From positions 1 to 44,083 of the forward strand of contig NW_021834942.1 of NCBI RefSeq assembly GCF_006345805.1: DNA of 44,083 nt, in the 5' to 3' direction. Each line of letters opens with the position of its first letter. Within the stretch, counting starts at the first letter, position 1. This DNA comes from Octopus sinensis (taxonomy: Eukaryota). Positions 28,072 to 36,100 of this stretch are shown here, piece by piece. The translations under genes and the position numbers were made by a program. The notes beneath the pieces are model-generated. The model saw only the letters and a program-made list of their open reading frames with translations, was not told where the DNA came from and ran no database searches.

Positions 28072-29713
28072 CGAGAGAGAGAGAGTCTGCATGTTTAAAT
28101 CTGCCTCTCTCTCTGCAATTACAAAAATGTTATTGAATGCAACAAAATTCAGTTTACAATTCAGATTCGTCATTTTTCATTTATGTATAGTTATATGTAT
28201 GTGTATATAAGCATTGTATCTTTGCGTTTGCATCTATATTACCAACCCAAACTGTTGCTCCCGCTACATCTGTATACTAAAGGTTTTATCAATGTTAATA
28301 AAATAGAAACAATTGTAGGCTTTATACTGCGAAATCTAATAAACGCAACTGTCTCTATATTTATCGTTTGTTGTCAAAATGTCTGAATTTTCCAGAATTC
28401 TGCCATAGGATATTTCAATTTACTTATCATACAGGAGGAATTCACTTGGGTGTGTATTCTACTTCTTATTACTGGTGCCTAATTGTCGAATATAGTTAGA
28501 TCTGAATCTCTGGATTCCCCTCGTTGTCCTACATGACTTTCCCCGAATCGGGAATTTTGTCTTTAATTGTTAATTGTTACGTTGTTCACATTAATTTTAT
28601 ATAAATCACATCACAATTCAAAACCACAAACACTCATATTCTTAATTATTTTCATACCCGCCCGCGCGCACACACAACACACGCGCACACACACACGCGC
28701 ATACACACAGACAAATTGAAAGTCTGATAGAGAGGATGAAAGAGAAAGCGAAGATAGAAGGGAAGACATTATATAGTAGAATATACAATTAGATTAATAA
28801 TATCAGGAAGATCAAACTTACAAATTGTATAATTTGGTGAGACCTACGAACGATCCATGTTCGATGATCGCGATTTTATTATTGACTAGAATTCTGTAAG
28901 TTGAAAAAGTATGTGAGAAATGGTATAAAAATGATTAGTCACACAAATTTAAATACGCATATGTCTAATAAACTGCATGTAGATGTGGAAGAAAAGGAAG
29001 TCGGAGTGCAAAAATTAGATGAAATGAAGAGAAATGAGGAGTGAAGGTTATGATGATATTGATAATGATGGCTTGTGACGCAGTTGACTGATGGTGACGA
29101 TGATGCTAATGATGATGTCGTTTATGATGATGATGATGAGATGATAATGAGTGTGGTGTTGAGCACGTTGGTGGTCGCGTTCATGGCCATGATGCTTATG
29201 ACGACAATGAAATATAAGAAGTACAAAATAGGATTGAAGCGGAGATTACAAGAAAAATATGAAGTGAAAAATACATATATATATTGTGAAGGATATATAT
29301 AATATATGTCGGTCCCATAGGGGATAATGCTACTGTGTTTATAGCTCCGGAATATCTCCGCTAGCTGTCAAAACGACACACACTTGTGCCTTACGTGTAT
29401 TTGCGAACTAATATCATGGTTCCCGTCTCTGGTTTTACGTAATAAACCAAGGCCCTGATTTCTGGGTAGTTAACTCGTCATCGAAACCTGGGGGTGTGGT
29501 ATCACGTCAGGCTAGAGATGGCAATGTTTTCCTTTCGCAATACTAATCAGACACAGACAGTGTGTCATTAGCCAAGTGGAGAAGAGATCTCCTGAGGCTA
29601 TAAAAAGAAGAAGCATCCTTCACTATGGGACTGATACGTTACGTGTAAATATACTTTACGATTCGTGCCACTACTGTTTACGTTCTCACAGATTTAATAT
29701 TGCTCTTATATAT

Positions 29714-29770
<57 letters not shown>

Positions 29771-30155
29771 GAGAGCGAGAGAGAGAGAGAGAGATAGATA
29801 TATAAAGGGGCAGGCACAGGTTGCTTAGCCACACATCCGAAAAATTAGAAATATCGGTCAAAAAACTGTTTATTTGTATTTTACTATCAGGGCATGCATA
29901 AGTTTTGAAAAAATTACAAAGATCGTTTCAGGTTTGTGTATGCGATCGATAAAGCCGTGGGAACGTGCATTTGCAAAAATCGTTTTTCTTGGAATAGAAA
30001 AAAGTCTATCTTATTTCTTCTTTTGCTGGTTGTCTGAAATTTGGGTTAAATCAGTGTTTCTCAAAGGGGAGGCCTAGGGACGGTCGGACATGTTTTTGAA
30101 ACACTTTGGTTTAATGTTTGACACCCCAGCACCGTCCATGGGAGGGGGGGGTTTG

Positions 30156-30190
<35 letters not shown>

Positions 30191-33100
30191 TACCGGAGTA
30201 AACACATAAATGTGAAACAAGGTGGAAAAAAGGTACTCAAATACCAGTGGTAGAGAGAATATGCTTTATTTAAAGCAGCAGAAAATTCAACAAACCTGTT
30301 ACTCTGAGTTTCACGTTGCCGTTCTTCGGACAGTTTTTGCTAGAATAGAACCGATACGTCAATTCTATCCAGACTAGTATAAACGCTACACCTTTGAAAA
30401 TTGACTTGTTTGATTGGTCCTTTACAAATAACTGTGAATTTTCGAGTGATAAACAAAAAGGAGCTCAAAAATATATATATCACCCAGGCATGTTTGAAGA
30501 CTGCCTAACAAAAATAGAAGAAGTCCTCACAAACCTTGAACAACACTTCATGGGTGACATTAACTTCCCCAATGTGGAATGGCCTGGGGCGGGGCAGATG
30601 CTCCCAGTGATGACACACCATCAGCAGGCACAGGCAGAGTCCCTGCTCCATCTCACAAATGCCTCTTTCATGGAGCAAATAGCTCTGCAACCAACAAGGG
30701 CAGATAATATACTTCACAAACAATATGTATATTATCCATAATGTTAAAGTGATGCCGACAATGAGCTCGGATCACAACATAATAGAGCTGTCTATGTATG
30801 GACCAAAAGCCCCCGTAGACACACAGCCTATACGAAGCATCCACCATCTCTCCAACTTAAACTTTCATAAAGCAAACTGGAAGTTGATTGCGAAAGAGAT
30901 CCTCAAACAGGATTGGCCTAAATGTCTCTCCACACTGGACATTAACATGAAGCACAAACACTTCATGTCCATAATACAAGCCATATGTGACAAATATGTC
31001 CCAGTGTACAGGGCCAGCACACACAAAAACAAAAACAGGATCCCTAGAGAAAGGAGGATTCTTATGAGACGACGGACAATGATTGCGAACCGCCTGAGCA
31101 AGCACACCAAAGGTGGTGAGAAGTCTCGGCTCGAGAGAATGCTAATGGAAATTGAGAAAGTCTGCATCAATCTCATGAAAAGGAGAGAGCAGATAAAGAA
31201 GTTTGGGTAATAGAAAATATAAAATCAAACCCTAAAGCTTTCTTTACGTTTGCCAAAGAGACAGCCACAGTGCACCAGAGAATAGGACCTCTCTTCCAAA
31301 AAGATGGCTCTCTCACAGGAAACCCCACGAGGATAAGTGAAATACTGAACGAACATTTCCAAAGTGTGTTCACTACATCTCTAGGACACAGGCAAGTAAA
31401 CAACCCAGAAGAATTCTTTGCCACTTTACCTGCGTCCAAAGAGGCAAAAATTGAGTACATCAACATTGAAGATGATGATATCACACTAGCCATAGATGAG
31501 ATTGACACAAACTCAGCTGCTGGACCTGATGGATTTCCAGCGATCCTTCTCAAATCGTGCAAACGAGCCCTTGCAAAACCGCTACAGCTTCTTTTTCAGA
31601 GCTTCCTTGCAAGTGGTAAGCTCCCAGTCAAATTGAAAGAGGGTGTAGTATGCCCTATCCATAAGGGAGGTAGCAGAGCAGATGCTGAAAATTATAGGCC
31701 TTTCTCTCTGACCTCACACATCAGCAAAGTCATGGAACGAATAGTCCGCAAGAAACTAATCATGTTCCTTGAAGAAAATGACTTGCTATCTGACACCCAG
31801 CATGGATTTCGGCCAGGCAGAAGCTGCTTAACAAAGCTCCTGCAACACTATGACTGGGTGTTAAAACAGCTACTAAATGGCTCAAATGTGGATGTAATAT
31901 ATCTCGACTTTGCAAAGGCCTTTGATAAAGTCGACCATGGTATGATCTGTCACAAACTGCGTGGTCACGGCATAGGCGGAAAACTTGGAGAGTGGCTGCA
32001 CAACTTCCTAAAAGACAGAAGACAGGCAGTTGTGAGCAATGGAGCCACTTCCAAGGAAACACCAATAACAAGCGGTGTTCCACAGGGCACTGTCTTGGGG
32101 CCACTGCTGTTCATAGTGGCCCTTTCAGACATGCCTTCAGTTGCTACGATGGCCACCCTTGCTAGCTATGCAGATGACACAAAAAATCCCACACAATACA
32201 AAACCCTGAAAATATTGCGCATCTGCAACAGGAGTTGGATAAAATATACAGGTAGGCGGAGGACAACAACATGCAGTTTAATGCAGGTACGTTCCAGGCC
32301 TTGCGTTACCGTCACACAAAGGTAAACGACGTGCAGACTGGATACACTGGCCCAGGAAGAATTGCAATCCCTGAGTCAAAATCAGTGCCTGACCTGGGCA
32401 TTGACATGAGCAATGATGCATCTTTCCAAGTGCATATTACTAATCTGGTGATAAAATGCAAATGGCCAGCTGGATGGATTCTCCGAACTTTCAGAACAAG
32501 AGAGAAGGAGACACTGATGGTCCTCTGGAAAACATTCGTCCTCAGCCGCTTGGACTACTGCTCCCAACTATGGTCACCACACAATATAAAACTAACAGCA
32601 GAACTTGAAGCAATTCAGAGAAGCTACAAAGAAGATTGTCTCAATGTAAAATATCAGCTACTGTGAAAGACTGAAAGTATTAAACCTCTTCTCCCTAGAG
32701 TGGAGGCGGGAGAGATATGCGGTGATATACACATCAGGAAAATCCTGGAGGGTCTTGTCCCAAACTTTGGCATTCAAAGTTACCCCAACCGCAGAACGGG
32801 GCGCCACTGCATGGTGCCAAAGATTCCAACATCACCATCAAAATACAGGTCCAGATACTGCAACAGCTTGGGTTTTAGAGGACCACAGCTCTTTAACATC
32901 CTCCCTAAATGCCTAAGACACTTACATGGTGTGGATGTGGGTTTCTTTAAAACTAAACTGGATCTCTTCTTGTCGGGAGTCCCAGATGAACCTACCACGA
33001 CAGGAGACGCAGATGCGGGCAGCAGTATCGAACTCCCTTGTTGATCAAGTGCCACGTATCAGAGGTGGATTCACATATTAGTGTAGCTCATTCAGCGGTG

Positions 33101-36100
33101 GTGCCCCAGCATGGCCGCGGCCTTCGGGATAAAACATTTTTAAGGATTTTAAGGATTTTATATATATAAATAAAAATTATAAAATTCGAGGAAAAACCTT
33201 TTATTGAATAAAATACATATTGTCATTAATAAAGTAAATATAATTAATACATGGAAATTGAGATTAAAATGTTAAAATGCATTAAAATATTACACGGCAG
33301 TACATATTCATATTAAACTATACATATATACATCAACATACACAGATAGATGCGTGCAGACCGCATACATATACAGACGTATAAATATAAAGCTAAAATA
33401 TACACACAAATGCATGTACACATATGCATACGCAATCTAGTTCGCACGCAAAACCACTGTATCTATAAAGACTATAAGCTAAAATCATGGATGGGGAGGG
33501 GCGTTCTTATTTACGATATAAAGTTGAAGACATGGGTAAGGGAAGGGGGGACGTAAAGTTACAGGACTCTACAAGTAACGGAAAGTAAGATAGAGAAAAC
33601 ACGAAAGAAAGGAAGAGAGAGAAAAAAGAGAAGAGAGAGAAAAAAGAAGGAAAAGAGTGGGGACGGAAAACGAAAGAAGAAAAATTATGTATACAAACTT
33701 CGTAATCACATATACTGACACATATATATAGAGACAAGTACGCAAACACACAAGTTCAAGTGGATACATACACATACAATCGTGTATGTATGTGCTTAAG
33801 TACAAACATACGCTCACTTACACATATACAAAGACGTATACTTACAAATACATATTCGTGGCTATACACATATTTACATCAAAATGCCTAGGTTCTGACA
33901 ACATTGCTTTTTAAAAATGGTGAGTGTAATAATAAAAATTATACGAAAGACATGTAAAATATAACACCCTATTTCGGATCATCTATAAATTAAATATCAA
34001 AGTAAGCCTATACAATATAATAACATGAAATAAACTAAGTCGAAGGTATTTCCTAAGGAATATGTAGAAATATTAACAAAATAAACAAAATATATGCACG
34101 AGACTTTGCTATACGGAATGAAATCTGCATAGCGCGAAACAAATCCATCGGTGCGTTTACAGACTAGTCCAAGAATCAAAAATCAAAATTTCAAAATTCA
34201 AAACTACAAAACAAACAAAATATACTCTATCCATATGCCACATTTATGTTTGACATTTTAAATTTGGTTGCGTGCCTGCATAAGTTCATCAGCTCACTTC
34301 TTTGATTCAAAGAATTATTGTCTTTGAATAAAATATACAGTTTCTCTAACAGGCAAAGATTGCACTTAAAATTTTTTTCTTATGCGCTCCATGTCTGTAT
34401 GGTACCGTTCTGTCCAGAATGCTCCATGTCACGTTGAAAGGTGGTGTTTCCTTTTCTTTTAGTTCCCAAACATATTTTGCTAGGCTGGTCCTCTTCCTAT
34501 TTTCTGGGTATCTAAATGGATTTTTATGCGAATAAAATCGCGTTTTAAATGAATTTTCTGAAGCCCCTATATAGGTCTAGTATTCCGATGAGCCTTCTAT
34601 TTGTACCTTGGCTCTATAAACGATCCCTTTTACTAGACATTTCCCTCCCAACGGACAGGAGGATTCATTTTTGAAATTGCATTTCTTGAGGGGCTCGGCA
34701 CCATGCTTAATATCAATCAGATTCCTATTATGCTGGCTAATATAAGAGGCGAAATTTCTGCAACAAGAATAGCTAACCTTAAGGGTTCTTTTATTAAATA
34801 TTCTTTAGAATTTAAGGTCCAGCTTAAAATGCCTAGAGACTAATTTCAAAAATTCCTTACCTATATTAGTCTTTACGGCCAAATTGAAAGCCGGGTTGAA
34901 CCACAAAACTTTCCTTCGCGCAGCATTATTACCAGCATTAAGCTGGTTGTACTGGATCTTCTCAGAGAATCCACCATTCCTTAATGCGCTATCGTAATAC
35001 GGTGCAGTATTATGGAATGCTGCCTCATCCGAAGAAATTGAAGATATTCTTCTACCTACATTGCTGACTAAGTTCCTAAGGATAACTGGCGGATAACTGC
35101 AATGGCAGGTGTCTACAACAAAGGGAAGAAGAACGAGATGGTTCTTTGCCCTGATAAAATGTGGGGGTCACGGCAATGTTGAGAAGGAACTCGAAAAAAA
35201 TGTATTTGATAATAATTTGAGACCCGTAATTAGGCTAAATGCCGAAGATTCCACATCAAAATCATCTAAGCACAGCAGGTTCCTGCTTGCACAGTACATC
35301 ACAGACAGAATGAGTAACAAATGCGTTCTAATGAAATCCTAATTTTGTGTTAGTCAAATGCCACCTGTTGGCGCCTGCACTGAAGGAAGCCGGATTCGGT
35401 CCTGTTTCCAGAGGCTGGATCGCAGTAACCTACGACAAATTGTGCTTGTTGGAACCATTCAAATGAACTGGAACTAAGAAGACCTGGCGAACAGGCTATA
35501 AGCAGAGAGGTAGTGTGGTGGAGAATACAGAACAATTGAAGAGAGAGAGATAATACGATCAAACTCTCATCGAAGCCTTAAAATTCCATTTAAAATTACA
35601 GTGAGGGTGGAGTGAGAGAGAAATCTACACCACCCAAGTAAATGTAGTGAAAAGTGGGGGAATACTAAACTGCACCTGTAAGCTGAGTCATACCGAGGAC
35701 GATGGAGTACTTGTAGTCGTAGTCTTGACCTAACTTTCTTTACAACATCTGCCATAATGGCATGGACGATCCTAAAATTACTTGAGTAGTTTATGACTGG
35801 GAGTTACATGAGTTTCAACTTCGTCAGTCAACAATATTGGCCTCAGAAGCGGTCAGAAGCGGTCACTTACTATCCGTCATCTAGAAGACAGTGGAAAACC
35901 TGGGGAAGGTGTTTAAATTTAACCGGAGTGACACATAATCTAATTGTGAAAGCAACAAGGATTCTGAAAGGCGACTATCTACAGTGGCCATGTGATGTCT
36001 CCCAGTAATTTTAAGACCTGGAGTTAAAAATAGAGCATCCGCCATGGATCATTTGGCAGTTCTCCGTACATGACATTTCAATATCCTCATTGAAGAGAAG

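Larger units (their letters stand above)
22150..30150. repeat. Tandem segmental repeat, four units (~22150-23490, 23491-25495, 25570-27745, 27955-30150), each carrying one LRR exon
   Basis: The blocks aaatctgcctctct..., catacaggaggaattcac..., gatcaaacttac..., the (GAT)-rich tract and ...gcaccgtccatggga recur in the same order; the first unit lacks its second half. Confidence 0.95.

Noticed and set aside
22150-30150. CRISPR-like or satellite interpretation of the tandem array
   Set aside because: Units are kilobase-sized segmental duplicates with introns and exons in a eukaryotic context; there is no short repeat-spacer structure.
35865-35960. Strong GTAAGT donor on the minus strand
   Set aside because: Two upstream frames contain stops and the third makes TAA when joined to the next LRR exon; no LRR pattern.
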